Shown here: positions 30,053 through 40,979 of the stretch, piece after piece
Layout: every line of letters starts with the position of its first letter
Position numbering within the stretch: position 1 is the first letter of the stretch
DNA from: a virus
Lineage: Duplodnaviria; Caudoviricetes
Reading direction: 5' to 3' (one strand)
IMG/VR virus record: IMGVR_UViG_3300031555_004294
Coordinates: 192,001-256,000 of that record
Length of the DNA stretch: 64,000 bases
Program-made: the position numbers and the translations under genes
The notes under the pieces: model-generated
The model's input: the letters and a program-made list of their open reading frames with translations, nothing else
What the model was told of the DNA's origin: nothing
The model's database searches: none

Positions 30053-30928
30053 GTGTCAACAATAGTAAACAGACTTATAGCTACTGCAAAAGATGAAATA
30101 GGGTATCTTGAGAAAGAAACTAACGAACAACTTGATGATAAAACGGCTAATGCTGGGGATAAAAATTTTACAAAATATGCAAGAGATTTGGATAAAATTT
30201 CTAATTTTTACAATGGACGTAAAAATGGTCATCCATGGTGTGATGCATTTGTAGATTGGTGCTTTGTAAAGACATTTGGTATTGAAAATGCTAGATACTT
30301 ACTTTGCCAACCAGAAAAATCATTAGGAGCTGGATGTAAGTATTCACTAATGTACTACAAAGAAAATGGTCAGTTTTATTACTCTTCTCCTAAAATTGGA
30401 GACCAAATTTTCTTTGAAAGTGAACTTGGAGAAGTTATTCATACTGGTTTGGTGTATAAAGTAACTTCTGCATATGTATACACTATTGAAGGTAATACAT
30501 CTTCTTTACCAGGTGTTGTAGCAAATGGTGGAATGGTTAGAGACAAAAAATATCCATTAGGAGCTAGTTATATTGCAGGTTATGGCAGACCAAACTATGC
30601 ACACATAAAATCTTCTTATCAACCAACCGTATTAGAATGGCAAGAAGCAGCTATTAAAGATAGTTTCAAATTTCCTAAATATGGTGCGGATGGTAAATGG
30701 GGAGATGAATGTAAAGAAGTAGCATGTAAAGCTATTGTTAAAAAACGAAAATTGAGATACAAATATAAAAACCTTACAAAACTAGTTCAACGAGTAATTA
30801 ATGTAACTGATGATGGAAAATGTGGTAAGGAGACTAAGAAAGCTATAATTGCATATCAGATAGCAAACAATCTTACTTCAGATGGCAAAGTTGGTCTTGA
30901 AACTTGGGAACATATGTTAAATGTATAA
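30053..30928 (+). CDS. Endolysin: CHAP amidase plus peptidoglycan-binding domains
   Basis: PWCDAFV (Cys), HTGLV (His), TIEGNT; C-terminal DGKWG/DGKCG/DGKVG repeats. Confidence 0.85.
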   Translation: MSTIVNRLIATAKDEIGYLEKETNEQLDDKTANAGDKNFTKYARDLDKISNFYNGRKNGHPWCDAFVDWCFVKTFGIENARYLLCQPEKSLGAGCKYSLMYYKENGQFYYSSPKIGDQIFFESELGEVIHTGLVYKVTSAYVYTIEGNTSSLPGVVANGGMVRDKKYPLGASYIAGYGRPNYAHIKSSYQPTVLEWQEAAIKDSFKFPKYGADGKWGDECKEVACKAIVKKRKLRYKYKNLTKLVQRVINVTDDGKCGKETKKAIIAYQIANNLTSDGKVGLETWEHMLNV

Positions 30929-31032
30929 AATGCAAAGGATATATCTAGTTTTCTAGATATATCCTCTTTAAATTTTAATTTTTTCTTTGTTTATATATTC
31001 TTATCCTGTACAAAATAAAAGGAGGTTTAAAA

Positions 31033-31305
31033 ATGTACGTAGAAAATCTAATCAACAGAAAACTTATGCATGTAAGAACTAAGAAGCTTTACAAGATTCG
31101 TCATCTACCTAAAAAATATGGGGATGATGCTATTAATGCAGGTCATTATTACATACCAATATTGAACTTAAAAAATAATGACCAAAATGTACTTCATCTT
31201 AACAAAAGAACTTACAAACAGTATATCATCTTAGATGAACTAACTAATTGTAAGGATGAAGAAGCAACTAAAATGTTACATGATTTAACTTGTACGCTCA
31301 ACTAA
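31033..31305 (+). CDS. Hypothetical protein
   Basis: GGAGG RBS, TATATAT motif upstream, terminator downstream. Confidence 0.6.
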   Translation: MYVENLINRKLMHVRTKKLYKIRHLPKKYGDDAINAGHYYIPILNLKNNDQNVLHLNKRTYKQYIILDELTNCKDEEATKMLHDLTCTLN

Positions 31306-31351
31306 AATTTAGAAAGAGAAATCTACCAATAGGTAGATTTCTCTTTTTTTT

Positions 31352-31831
31352 TTAAATCAATCTCGTGTCTTTAACTCTAACTGGTGTTAAAGTATGTTTT
31401 TCAATAAATTCAGGTTTTGCTTTATTAAATCTAAGATCTTTGTTAGCAGAACTCAAAATACGATTGATATGTCCTATTTTATTTGGGTCAAAAATATTTA
31501 TAACAGGTAGATTAAATTCAGCTGCAGATGGAATTGGGTTGAACATAAGTACCAGATACCATAAATCAATACTACCGTAAATTAGTTTTGCAACCAATTC
31601 AGGATGATAGTATAAACTTTCTGGACATTTTGCTTTTATTACAAACTGTGAGAGATACCCTTTATACCTTTCCAATGCAGTATAATCGTAAGTATAAAAT
31701 TCGTTATTAAAATTTACTTTATGACTGATATTTGTAAGAGTTAGTGCATTATTTTCACTTTTTTCTATTTGTGTTTTTAAATTAGAAATACCTGCAGTAC
31801 TATCAAATCTAGATAAATCTATAGTTTCCAT
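31352..31831 (-). CDS. Baseplate wedge protein (T4 gp53/LysM-like)
   Basis: YHPELVAKLIYGSIDLWYLVLMFN motif. Confidence 0.7.
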   Translation of the reverse strand: METIDLSRFDSTAGISNLKTQIEKSENNALTLTNISHKVNFNNEFYTYDYTALERYKGYLSQFVIKAKCPESLYYHPELVAKLIYGSIDLWYLVLMFNPIPSAAEFNLPVINIFDPNKIGHINRILSSANKDLRFNKAKPEFIEKHTLTPVRVKDTRLI

Positions 31832-31850
31832 AAATTATATTCACCTTCCT

Positions 31851-32654
31851 TTACTTAGAAGTATTCGTATCTTCAGTTTTAGCAGAAATATTGTAACGCC
31901 TAGCTAGAAGCTTACCATTGATATAACTTGTACCATCAGTTCTAACTCTATCTCTAAATGTAACAAAACTATCAACGTCTAATCTATCATGTATATGAAC
32001 TGAACCACCTATTTCTAAATCACCATTTTCTATAGTGACATTACCTTTAAGTTTTATTCCAGCATCAGATAGTTCTATAGCATTACCATTTGGTGCAGAT
32101 AATTTTAATACATGATCATTAGTGTCTGCTTCAATTCTCATTCCATCCCAATAAAATCTAATTACATCTACATTTGGCCTAGTTTCTATACCTTCAAAAT
32201 TTTTTTCTTTATAACAGTTAGCACTGTCTATTATGTCATCTTTAAAAGTAGGTGAAAATGGAAAGTAATAACATTTTTGCAAATCACTATTAAGAAACAT
32301 GATTAATACTTGACTTCCAATTCTAGGTACTCTTAAGCTTCCTGCATTATAAAATTTTTTATTGTTCTTCCAGTTAGGTATGTTATCTTCATAGAAAGTT
32401 AGTGGTCTTGCCCATATATAGTTACTTTCTTCAACTTCTAGTTGTTTGTCTTTAAAGTCATCAGCATTTATAACCAATTCTGTATCTACATCAACATCTG
32501 TTGTTTGTTCATAAGGTTTTTCATTGTACTCATATTGATACATTAGTTGTGGTATAAATACTGCAATTTTTCCTTCTAATTCTGGATCAATATTATTTCT
32601 TACTTCTGCAATCATGAATCCAGACAAAGACATTTTTGCAATATCTTCTATCAT
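31851..32654 (-). CDS. Baseplate hub/spike (gp5/VgrG OB-fold)
   Basis: DPELEGKIAVFIP, WARP, VPRIGSQVLIMF motifs and a beta-repeat C-terminus. Confidence 0.75.
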   Translation of the reverse strand: MIEDIAKMSLSGFMIAEVRNNIDPELEGKIAVFIPQLMYQYEYNEKPYEQTTDVDVDTELVINADDFKDKQLEVEESNYIWARPLTFYEDNIPNWKNNKKFYNAGSLRVPRIGSQVLIMFLNSDLQKCYYFPFSPTFKDDIIDSANCYKEKNFEGIETRPNVDVIRFYWDGMRIEADTNDHVLKLSAPNGNAIELSDAGIKLKGNVTIENGDLEIGGSVHIHDRLDVDSFVTFRDRVRTDGTSYINGKLLARRYNISAKTEDTNTSK

Positions 32655-32790
32655 ATTTTCTTTCCTTTCCTTATCTCTAAAAAATCGTTTCTGAACATTC
32701 GTATTATTAGGTTGTTAAAAAGTAATTTTTGTTATAAACATATATTCTAAAGTTGTATATATTTACAATGAAAGGAAAAGTGGAAATTTT

Positions 32791-33342
32791 ATGAAAAAAC
32801 TGACTATAGAAAACCTAAAGAAGATTGGTAGTAGATATTCGAAAATGTCGTTACTAATCAGAAATATAAATCCAAGTGGATATAACAATGGAATAACACA
32901 AGGTGAACAACATGCACTTTTAATTCAAAGCATCATAACATTTTCGTCAGAGAAACAATTAAAATATTTCCTACAGAATGAGTTACTAAAACTAACTAAA
33001 GATAACTTAAAAGAAACTTTTGCTTGGAAACAACCAGATATTAAAAATTCTTTGATACCATCATTAACACTACTCTTTTATGATGTAAATATCGATTTGA
33101 GTGATTTAGAAATTCAGTTTTTGATTCTCTATATCTATAGACTCTATCAGATATCGAATCGTACATTAGCAGAATCTAGTTTCTACGATTTTATAAAGAA
33201 TCTTCCAAATTACACATACAGCACTAAGGAAATTTTGCAATTAGATAGAATTAAAAACGCACTAGAATCTATAGATTATCTTGACTATATCGATCAGCAC
33301 GAACTCAAGAAAGCTTTAATGGAAGTTCAATTAGGGATTTAA
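32791..33342 (+). CDS. Hypothetical protein
   Basis: 183 aa ORF with RBS. Confidence 0.6.
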   Translation: MKKLTIENLKKIGSRYSKMSLLIRNINPSGYNNGITQGEQHALLIQSIITFSSEKQLKYFLQNELLKLTKDNLKETFAWKQPDIKNSLIPSLTLLFYDVNIDLSDLEIQFLILYIYRLYQISNRTLAESSFYDFIKNLPNYTYSTKEILQLDRIKNALESIDYLDYIDQHELKKALMEVQLGI

Positions 33343-33360
33343 ATAAAGGAGGAAATTTTT

Positions 33361-33843
33361 ATGGAGAACAAAAAAATTTTAACGGACTATGTAATTGAGA
33401 AAATCGAAGATGTTTTATCATTGGATCATGACAGTGGTAAATATACCATGCAACAACAGATTTTTGAAAAAGAAAAGAATGTAATCTGTAACTTGTTTTT
33501 ACCATTTTCTATTGATGACAAGATTATTGTAGACTATACTGAAGAAGGTAGTCAGATATTAAAAAGAGATAACTATCGTCACTACATTCGTTTCAATCCA
33601 ATTAAGTATAAGTCACATCTAAGCTTACTAGAAGAAGCTTTAGTAGAATTTGGTAAATGTACTGGTGTTGATTTAGATACGTGTGTCAATAAAGATGATG
33701 ATGGTTATTACGGTGTCGTATTAATGTCTCATGACGATGGCAGCAGAGAAATGTTTATGGAAACTAAAAAGTCTTATCAAAAAGAAAATGAAGCTTTGTT
33801 AAAAGTAATTCTACTAGCTCTAACTGACTATGAGGAGGAGTAA
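33361..33843 (+). CDS. Hypothetical protein
   Basis: 160 aa ORF with AGGAGG RBS. Confidence 0.65.
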   Translation: MENKKILTDYVIEKIEDVLSLDHDSGKYTMQQQIFEKEKNVICNLFLPFSIDDKIIVDYTEEGSQILKRDNYRHYIRFNPIKYKSHLSLLEEALVEFGKCTGVDLDTCVNKDDDGYYGVVLMSHDDGSREMFMETKKSYQKENEALLKVILLALTDYEEE

Positions 33844-33848
33844 GGACA

Positions 33849-34424
33849 ATGAAAAAGATTCCAACCTTGTTTAAGAGAACTTTTGAAGGTCATAAGGTAG
33901 TGGACATTTCAAATGAAGTAACTGAAGGAATGGAATGGGTTCTTAATGGTGAAGGCTTAGCAACAATTAAAATTGACGGTAGTTGCTGTGCTATAATTGA
34001 TGGAGTTTTTTATAAACGCTATGACGCTAAACATGGTAAAAAACCTCCTGAAGGAGCTATTCCTTGTTGTGAACCAGATGAGATAACAGGACATCATCCT
34101 CATTGGTTGAAGATTGATGAAAATAATCCTGCTGACAGATGGTTTATCGAAGCCAGAAATAATTCAGAAGAAAGACTTTATGATGGCACTTATGAAGCCA
34201 TTGGTTTACATTTCCAGAGCAATCCATATAAACTAAACAGAGACATTCTTGTAAAACATGGTGAGTATGTTGTAGAAATTGATCGTTCTTTTGAAGGAAT
34301 CAAACAATTCTTAAGTGTTAACAACATTGAAGGACTTGTTTTCTGGTTGGAAGGTGAACCTAGATGTAAAATTAAACGTAAAGATTTTGGTTTTAAATGG
34401 CCTGATAATAAAGAAAATGGGTGA
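33849..34424 (+). CDS. Minimal RNA ligase-like nucleotidyltransferase (DUF5565-like)
   Basis: Motif I KIDG, YEAIG, motif IV EGLV, motif V KIK. Confidence 0.7.
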   Translation: MKKIPTLFKRTFEGHKVVDISNEVTEGMEWVLNGEGLATIKIDGSCCAIIDGVFYKRYDAKHGKKPPEGAIPCCEPDEITGHHPHWLKIDENNPADRWFIEARNNSEERLYDGTYEAIGLHFQSNPYKLNRDILVKHGEYVVEIDRSFEGIKQFLSVNNIEGLVFWLEGEPRCKIKRKDFGFKWPDNKENG

Positions 34425-34429
34425 TATGA

Positions 34430-34750
34430 GTGTGTGACAACTGTACAAAGAGAAGTATATGTAGTAAGATCCATCGTGATACTATAAGTAATGCTCATAA
34501 AGATGACAAGATGTTTTTTATACACTGCAAAAATTGCGGTGAGTATTTTTATATCTGTAGGCATGATTATACGGAAGTTCAAATAACTGATAAACTTGAA
34601 TCTAGTTTTCTCTTTACAGAAGTAACTTATAAAGTTGGTTTATCTAATAGACGACTAAGAACTGTAGAAAATGTCCATGCAATCCCAGATAAAAAAGTAG
34701 CTTTTGAAAACATGATTCTTAATACAAATCATATTCTTGTAGAAATTTAA
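34430..34750 (+). CDS. Cys-rich hypothetical protein
   Basis: CDNC...C, CKNC. Confidence 0.55.
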   Translation: MCDNCTKRSICSKIHRDTISNAHKDDKMFFIHCKNCGEYFYICRHDYTEVQITDKLESSFLFTEVTYKVGLSNRRLRTVENVHAIPDKKVAFENMILNTNHILVEI

Positions 34751-34762
34751 GAGTAAAATTTT

Positions 34763-34990
34763 ATGGAAAGAGAACCTAAAAGTTTGTACTTAAAATTTAG
34801 TAAAAAAGAAGGGAAGTTTAAATTAATGGCTAACGAAAAAATTTTTGAAATTTTCATTCAAGATCTTAAAGAAGATGTTCAAGAAAAGTTAATTGAGTTC
34901 CTTGGTGGAGATAATGGAAATTATGATGTATTTCCAATTGTAACTCTTACTGAGTGTAATGAAGATGATGACGAAGATGATAGATGCTAA
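34763..34990 (+). CDS. Small acidic hypothetical protein
   Basis: Short ORF within the operon; start uncertain. Confidence 0.5.
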   Translation: MEREPKSLYLKFSKKEGKFKLMANEKIFEIFIQDLKEDVQEKLIEFLGGDNGNYDVFPIVTLTECNEDDDEDDRC

Positions 34991-35276
34991 ACATAAGGTA
35001 ACTTTTGAATGTTCTAACTGTAAAAGATTGCTTGATTGTAGCAAAGCAAGAATTTTTAAAACATTTGTTCATTGTGAGAATTGTGATACTTATTATAATT
35101 TACAATTTCTAGGTTTTAAAGACTTAGAAGATCTTTTTAATGCGGCATTTTATCTTTGGGAAGTTTCAAAGCAAGAAGTATTTGAAAAACTTTTAGAAAA
35201 TAATGACAATGTAGATGATAGTTTCGATTACATTTTGATAGAAAGTGGAAGAAAGGAGGAAACAGAAAATGGGTGA
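34959..35276 (+). CDS. Zn-finger hypothetical protein
   Basis: CSNC...CENC. Confidence 0.55.
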   Translation: MKMMTKMIDAKHKVTFECSNCKRLLDCSKARIFKTFVHCENCDTYYNLQFLGFKDLEDLFNAAFYLWEVSKQEVFEKLLENNDNVDDSFDYILIESGRKEETENG

Positions 35277-36615
35277 AATTACTATGGATATGCTGACTCA
35301 AGATCAGCAAAAAGCTATAAAGAAAATGACTATGTGGTACAGCCTAATTGACAACCAACAATACTATCGATTAGTTGGATTTGCTGGTTGTGGTAAAACT
35401 TTTATAGTCAACTTCTTTATAAAAGAAATTGGATTAGATCCTGTTTCGCAAGTTGCGTTTTGTGCTTTTACTGGATCGGCTGCTATGAACTTAGTAAAGA
35501 AGGGTAATAAAAATGCCACTACAATTCACCAGTTAATTTATGATACAGTTGTAGAAGATGTACCAGTATACAAAAAGAAAAAGAATAAAGAAACTGGTAA
35601 GATGGAAGATGATTTCTCACAAATACTAAGATACGAGAAGAAATTCTATACCACTAAGAAAATAACTTTAAACCCTCTTTTGAAGTTAATTGTCATAGAT
35701 GAGTTTTCTATGGCTAGCGACGATATTTTGAAAGACATACTTAGTTTTGGAGTTAAAGTTTTGATGATTGGCGATGGAGGTCAATTGGAACCAGTTCACA
35801 AGACTAATACTTTCATCAATGAGTATGACTCAGAACTAAGAGAGATAGTAAGACAAAAGGGAAACAGTCCTATTATCGATCTTTCATTTAAAGCTAGAAG
35901 TAAATCAGCTATTCCTTATGGTACTTATGGAGAAGATGTTGAAGTACTACCAGATTATTGTCTTGATGATGAAGATGAAGCTATTGAACTTTATACTTGG
36001 GCTGACCAGATTCTATGTGGAACTAATAGAACTAGGAAAAACATAAACAACATTGTTAGAAAACATAAAGGTTTTACTAATAAACTTCCACAACAAGGAG
36101 ATAAGGTTGTTTGTACTCAGAATAACTGGCAGCTATTAGCATGGAGTCCAAAACTAGGAACTTACATCAACTTAGTCAATGGCACAATGGGTTATGTTTC
36201 TAAAATTAAAGCAATCAGTGAAATCAGTAAAGAATTCATAATGGACTTTGTGACTGACTTTGATCCTGATTGTGTCTTTGAAGATATCAAGGTTAGCTTT
36301 ACCAACTTTGTTGATGATGTAGCTCCTCCCTTAAACAAAGGAAAACATGGTAGAGAAGTCACAAACATATTTGACTTTGGATATGCTATGACAGTTCATA
36401 AGGCTCAAGGAAATGGTTATCCTAAAGTTTTAGTAATAGCTGAACGTATGAGCTTTAGACCATTTGATATAGAAACTGAAAGACGTTGGTTATATACTGC
36501 AATTACAAGAGCAGAAAAACAGCTAATAATGTTAGTTGATGGTCGCTATTATAGGAATCCTAACTATGAACGTGATAGAGAATTTTGGGAGTCATATAAC
36601 GAAGTTTACGGCTAA
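35269..36615 (+). CDS. SF1B helicase (Dda/RecD2-like)
   Basis: GFAGCGKT, TIHQLIY, IDEFSM, GDGGQL, IVRQ, YAMTVHKAQG, LYTAITRA; start moved to the ATG after AGGAGG. Confidence 0.9.
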   Translation: MGEITMDMLTQDQQKAIKKMTMWYSLIDNQQYYRLVGFAGCGKTFIVNFFIKEIGLDPVSQVAFCAFTGSAAMNLVKKGNKNATTIHQLIYDTVVEDVPVYKKKKNKETGKMEDDFSQILRYEKKFYTTKKITLNPLLKLIVIDEFSMASDDILKDILSFGVKVLMIGDGGQLEPVHKTNTFINEYDSELREIVRQKGNSPIIDLSFKARSKSAIPYGTYGEDVEVLPDYCLDDEDEAIELYTWADQILCGTNRTRKNINNIVRKHKGFTNKLPQQGDKVVCTQNNWQLLAWSPKLGTYINLVNGTMGYVSKIKAISEISKEFIMDFVTDFDPDCVFEDIKVSFTNFVDDVAPPLNKGKHGREVTNIFDFGYAMTVHKAQGNGYPKVLVIAERMSFRPFDIETERRWLYTAITRAEKQLIMLVDGRYYRNPNYERDREFWESYNEVYG

Positions 36616-36673
36616 AGTCATTCGAGTTTATAAACATATATCCTTACAATAGTTTTCTTAGAGGAGGAATAAA

Positions 36674-36964
36674 ATGGCAAAGCAAAATAATAAACAAGCA
36701 TTAGTAAAGAAAAATGAACAACAATTATCTAGAGTAGACGTTGATGAACTTGACGTTAGTTACACAAAGCGTAATGAGGCAACTATCAATGTTGCTGGTG
36801 TTAAGATAAATGTTGATTTAGCTGAGTTTAGTGCAGTTATCAGAGACGTTTTAGAGAGAAGAGCAGCAAGAAAAGCTTTAAAAGAACAACAGAAGAAAAA
36901 AGAATTAAAAGAGACAGTAACATACATTTTAAGTGAGACTGAAGAAAGTGAAGATAACAATTAA
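36674..36964 (+). CDS. Hypothetical protein
   Basis: GAGGAGG RBS. Confidence 0.6.
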   Translation: MAKQNNKQALVKKNEQQLSRVDVDELDVSYTKRNEATINVAGVKINVDLAEFSAVIRDVLERRAARKALKEQQKKKELKETVTYILSETEESEDNN

Positions 36965-37209
36965 TGAATGACATAAATAATGGTCGTTTTGAAGGAGAAG
37001 TAATTTTTGATGATCCTGAAGTAGTAAATGGTGAAGAACTTATAAATCCTCAAGCTGAAGAAATAGATTTTGATAATTTGCCTTACCACTTACAACTCAA
37101 GTATAAAGAAAAGAAAAAATCTCCTACAAAACCTAAAAATTTGACGAAGAAACAAAGGCAAACTCGTACAAAATTAGTAAAGCAGAGCCGTAGAAGAAAT
37201 CGTCACTAA
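36964..37209 (+). CDS. Hypothetical protein with acidic N-terminus and very basic C-terminus
   Basis: Coupled ORF followed by a terminator. Confidence 0.55.
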   Translation: MNDINNGRFEGEVIFDDPEVVNGEELINPQAEEIDFDNLPYHLQLKYKEKKKSPTKPKNLTKKQRQTRTKLVKQSRRRNRH

Positions 37210-37363
37210 AATTTTAATAGGGGAAGAATGGTAAAAATTACCATTCTTCCTTTATTTTTTTAGAAAACTTACAGTGTGGTAATAACAAAAAATTACACAG
37301 AAAGTCGAGTTATTAAGACTAGACTTAGCATTTACTTATAAACATGAAAGGAGTAATATTTTT

Positions 37364-39553
37364 ATGAACGTTATTAAAAGAAATGGTCAAGAAGTAGTTT
37401 TTGACTCCTCTAAAATTAAGAAAGCTATAGAAAGAGCTAATAAATCAGTAGTTGGTGAAGATTGTATTGATGAAACTAGAATTCAGGCTATCGTAAATCT
37501 CATCATAGAAAAATGTGAAGCATTAAATAGAGCTGTTAATGTAGAAGAAATTCAAGATATGGTAGAATACTATCTAATGCACTTTAATAAATTCAACTTA
37601 GCTAAGAACTACATAACATATCGTTATGAACATGCTCAAATGAGACAACAGAATACTACTGATAAGAAAATCCTTTCTTTATTGAATCATGAGAATGAAG
37701 AAATTAAGCAAGAAAATAGTAACAAGAACCCAACTATAAACTCTGTTATGAGAGACTATATGGCTGGTGAAGTTTCTAAGGATATTACAAGACGCTATTA
37801 TCTTCCTGAAGACATTGTAAATGCACATGATGAAGGAATTATCCATTTCCATGATGCAGACTATTTTGTACAACGTATGTATAACTGCTGCTTATGTAAT
37901 TTAGAAGATATGTTACAGAATGGTACAGTTATTAGTGGCACTATGATTGAGAAACCTCATAGTTTCCATACAGCTTGTAATATTGCAACTCAAATTATAG
38001 CTCAGGTTTGTTCTAATCAATACGGTGGACAAACGATAACTCTATCACATTTAGCTCCATTCGTTGATATTAGCAGACAATCTCTTATTAATGAAGTCAG
38101 AGAAGAAGTTGGTAGTTTTGTATGCGATGAAGTTGTTAGAGATATCGCTGAAAAGAGACTTCGTAAAGAAATTAGACGTGGAGTTCAGACGATTCAGTAT
38201 CAAGTTATTACGTTAAACACAACTAACGGTCAAGCTCCATTCCTCACTATTAACATGTACTTGAATGAAGTAGGTAACAATCAACAGCTTAAAGATGACT
38301 TAGCAATGATCATTGAGGAAATGCTCAAACAGAGAATTCAAGGTGTTAAAAACGCTGATGGTATTTGGATTACACCTGCTTTCCCAAAATTGGTATATGT
38401 ACTTGAGGAAGATAATGTATATCCTAAGAGCAAGTATTGGTATTTAACAGAATTAGCAGCTAAATGTACTGCTAAGAGAATGGTACCTGACTATGTATCT
38501 GAAAAGATCATGTTAATGCTAAAGAAAGATACAAACGGTGAAGGGCATTGTTATCCTCCAATGGGCTGTAGAAGTTTCTTAACTCCTGACTTAACAGATG
38601 GCAAAGCTAAATTCTATGGAAGATTTAATCAGGGAGTTTGCACAATATCTTTGCCTGATGTTGCACTTTCATCAAATGGTGATTATGATAAATTCTGGTC
38701 TATCTTTGAAGAAAGACTTGAACTTTGTCACAGAGCATTAATGATTCGTCATGAACATCTTTTAGGAACTAAGAGTGATGTAGCTCCTATCTTATGGCAA
38801 CATGGTGCTATTGCAAGACTTAAGCAAGGTGAAACTATTGACCATCTTCTTTACAATGGTTACTCTACAATTTCACTTGGTTATGCTGGTTTATATGAAT
38901 GTGTAAAGTATATGACTGGTGAATCACATACTGATCCTTACGGTAAAGAATTTGCTTTAACAGTAATGCAGAAATTAAATAATAAGTGTGCTGAATGGAA
39001 GAAGACACACAACATTGCATTCAGTGTTTATGGTACTCCAATTGAATCGACGACATATAGATTTGCAAGTTGCCTTAAGAGACGTTTTGGTATCATTGAA
39101 GATATCACAGACCACAACTATATTACCAATTCTTACCATGTAAATGTAAGAGAAGAAATTGATGCATTTACTAAGTTATCTCTGGAATCTGAATTCCAAC
39201 AGTTATCTCCTGGCGGTGCTATTTCTTATGTAGAAGTACCTAATATGCAGAACAATATTCCTGCAGTACTTGATATCATTAAGTATATCTACGATACTAT
39301 CATGTATGCTGAACTTAATACTAAGAGTGACTATTGTTCAGAATGTGGTTTTGATGGTGAAATAGTAATTGAAGAAAATGAACATGGTAAATTGATTTGG
39401 AAGTGTCCTAAGTGTGGTAATACAGATCAAACAAAGATGAGTGTTGCTCGCCGCACGTGTGGTTATATAGGATCCAGTTACTGGAATCAAGGTAGAACTG
39501 AAGAGATCAAGGATAGAGTCCTTCATGTGTCTACTTCTTGTTGTGAAAGGTAA
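37364..39553 (+). CDS. nrdD: Anaerobic (class III) ribonucleoside-triphosphate reductase
   Basis: ATP cone (VIKRNG), NCCL, MGCRSFL, GRFNQG, CSEC/CPKC, glycyl radical motif RTCGY. Confidence 0.95.
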   Translation: MNVIKRNGQEVVFDSSKIKKAIERANKSVVGEDCIDETRIQAIVNLIIEKCEALNRAVNVEEIQDMVEYYLMHFNKFNLAKNYITYRYEHAQMRQQNTTDKKILSLLNHENEEIKQENSNKNPTINSVMRDYMAGEVSKDITRRYYLPEDIVNAHDEGIIHFHDADYFVQRMYNCCLCNLEDMLQNGTVISGTMIEKPHSFHTACNIATQIIAQVCSNQYGGQTITLSHLAPFVDISRQSLINEVREEVGSFVCDEVVRDIAEKRLRKEIRRGVQTIQYQVITLNTTNGQAPFLTINMYLNEVGNNQQLKDDLAMIIEEMLKQRIQGVKNADGIWITPAFPKLVYVLEEDNVYPKSKYWYLTELAAKCTAKRMVPDYVSEKIMLMLKKDTNGEGHCYPPMGCRSFLTPDLTDGKAKFYGRFNQGVCTISLPDVALSSNGDYDKFWSIFEERLELCHRALMIRHEHLLGTKSDVAPILWQHGAIARLKQGETIDHLLYNGYSTISLGYAGLYECVKYMTGESHTDPYGKEFALTVMQKLNNKCAEWKKTHNIAFSVYGTPIESTTYRFASCLKRRFGIIEDITDHNYITNSYHVNVREEIDAFTKLSLESEFQQLSPGGAISYVEVPNMQNNIPAVLDIIKYIYDTIMYAELNTKSDYCSECGFDGEIVIEENEHGKLIWKCPKCGNTDQTKMSVARRTCGYIGSSYWNQGRTEEIKDRVLHVSTSCCER

Positions 39554-39558
39554 TTTAG

Positions 39559-40080
39559 ATGAACTATTGTGAAATAAAAAATGCAGATATGGCAAATGGT
39601 TTAGGTATGAGAGTTAGTCTATTTGTTTCTGGTTGTACACATCATTGTAAAGGTTGTTTCAATCAAGAAGCATGGGATTTTAACTATGGTAAACCATTTA
39701 CTGAAGAAACTATAAAGTATATTCTAGAGTTAATAGACAAACCTTACATCCATGGTCTAACAATACTTGGTGGAGAACCAATGCATCCATCAAATCAAAT
39801 TGATGTACTAAAACTAATTGTAGAATTTAGAAACAAATTTGAATTTGAAAAAGATATTTGGGTTTATACAGGTTATACGTTTGAAGAATTAATGACTAGA
39901 GTTGACAATGGTGATAATACTGCTGATAACATTGTAGCACAAATTGATGTCTTAGTTGATGGTAGATTTGAGCTAGAAAAGAAAGATATTTCACTTCAAT
40001 ACCGTGGAAGTTCCAACCAACGTATAATTGATATGGTAGAAACCTGTAATCAAGGTAAAATTGTCTTATTAAAACTATAA
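39559..40080 (+). CDS. nrdG: Class III RNR activating radical SAM enzyme
   Basis: GCTHHCKGCFN, LGGEP, RGSSNQR. Confidence 0.95.
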   Translation: MNYCEIKNADMANGLGMRVSLFVSGCTHHCKGCFNQEAWDFNYGKPFTEETIKYILELIDKPYIHGLTILGGEPMHPSNQIDVLKLIVEFRNKFEFEKDIWVYTGYTFEELMTRVDNGDNTADNIVAQIDVLVDGRFELEKKDISLQYRGSSNQRIIDMVETCNQGKIVLLKL

Positions 40081-40199
40081 AAACAAACAAGTAGTATGAT
40101 TTTATGTCATACTACTTGTTTTTATTTATTTAAAGGAACTTTTTGTCAAAAAATAATTATAAAACACAAATCTATAAATTTTTAAAGGAGATACGATAA

Positions 40200-40673
40200 A
40201 TGTCATTGTTTAAATGGTTAAAAGACCTATTTTGTAGTTTTACTGAAGATGATGAACCTTCTGAAGATGATGTAGAAGAAGTAGTTGACGGTATAGTTGA
40301 ATCTGTTGATAACGAAGTTCATGAATGTGAGAATGACTGTCACTGTGGCTGCCACTGTAGTTGTGGGGACAATTGTCAGTGTGAGAATGATGAAACAAAT
40401 GAAGTAGTAGCAATAGCAGTAGATCCTATTATAAAGAATTTCTTTGACAATCTTGATTGGGATAATCTTCATGTAAACGACTTTGAAGAAATGTTAAAGT
40501 TCGATCTTAGAGAATATGGCGAACTAGTAGATTGGTATAAGATTTCTAAGTTTAAGGGTCTTCCTCCAGAGTTCTGTATCAATTACAGAGACATGATTGA
40601 TTGGAACCTTTATAACAAGAGCTACTTGAAGAAGTACGTTAAAGAACTCCTTAAGGAAGAAGGAAGAATTTAA
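40200..40673 (+). CDS. Hypothetical protein with a Cys/His cluster and tryptophan repeats
   Basis: CENDCHCGCHCSCGDNCQC, then LDW/VDW/IDW repeats. Confidence 0.6.
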   Translation: MSLFKWLKDLFCSFTEDDEPSEDDVEEVVDGIVESVDNEVHECENDCHCGCHCSCGDNCQCENDETNEVVAIAVDPIIKNFFDNLDWDNLHVNDFEEMLKFDLREYGELVDWYKISKFKGLPPEFCINYRDMIDWNLYNKSYLKKYVKELLKEEGRI

Positions 40674-40784
40674 GGATTACATAGATGTAGGTATAACTTT
40701 AATGGGTTATACCTACATTTAATTTCAGTTACAACTATATATCATTACCTTGTACAAATTATAACTAAAAGGAGAAACCAATTT

Positions 40785-40979
40785 ATGAGTAACATCAATC
40801 CTAAAGGTATTTTAGACGCTATGGTAAAACCAGCTAAAGTAGACAGATCATTTGAAGAGTCTAAGAAACTTAATTCTAAACCAGCACGAAAGCTTACACC
40901 TTATGAAAGAACTAAAGCTCAGGTTTATGCAACTGGTAACAAGTGGGCAATTGAGAATTTCCATGCAACTCACGATTAA
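40785..40979 (+). CDS. Small conserved hypothetical protein
   Basis: AGGAG RBS; YERTxAxVYATGNKWAIENFxATH. Confidence 0.65.
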   Translation: MSNINPKGILDAMVKPAKVDRSFEESKKLNSKPARKLTPYERTKAQVYATGNKWAIENFHATHD

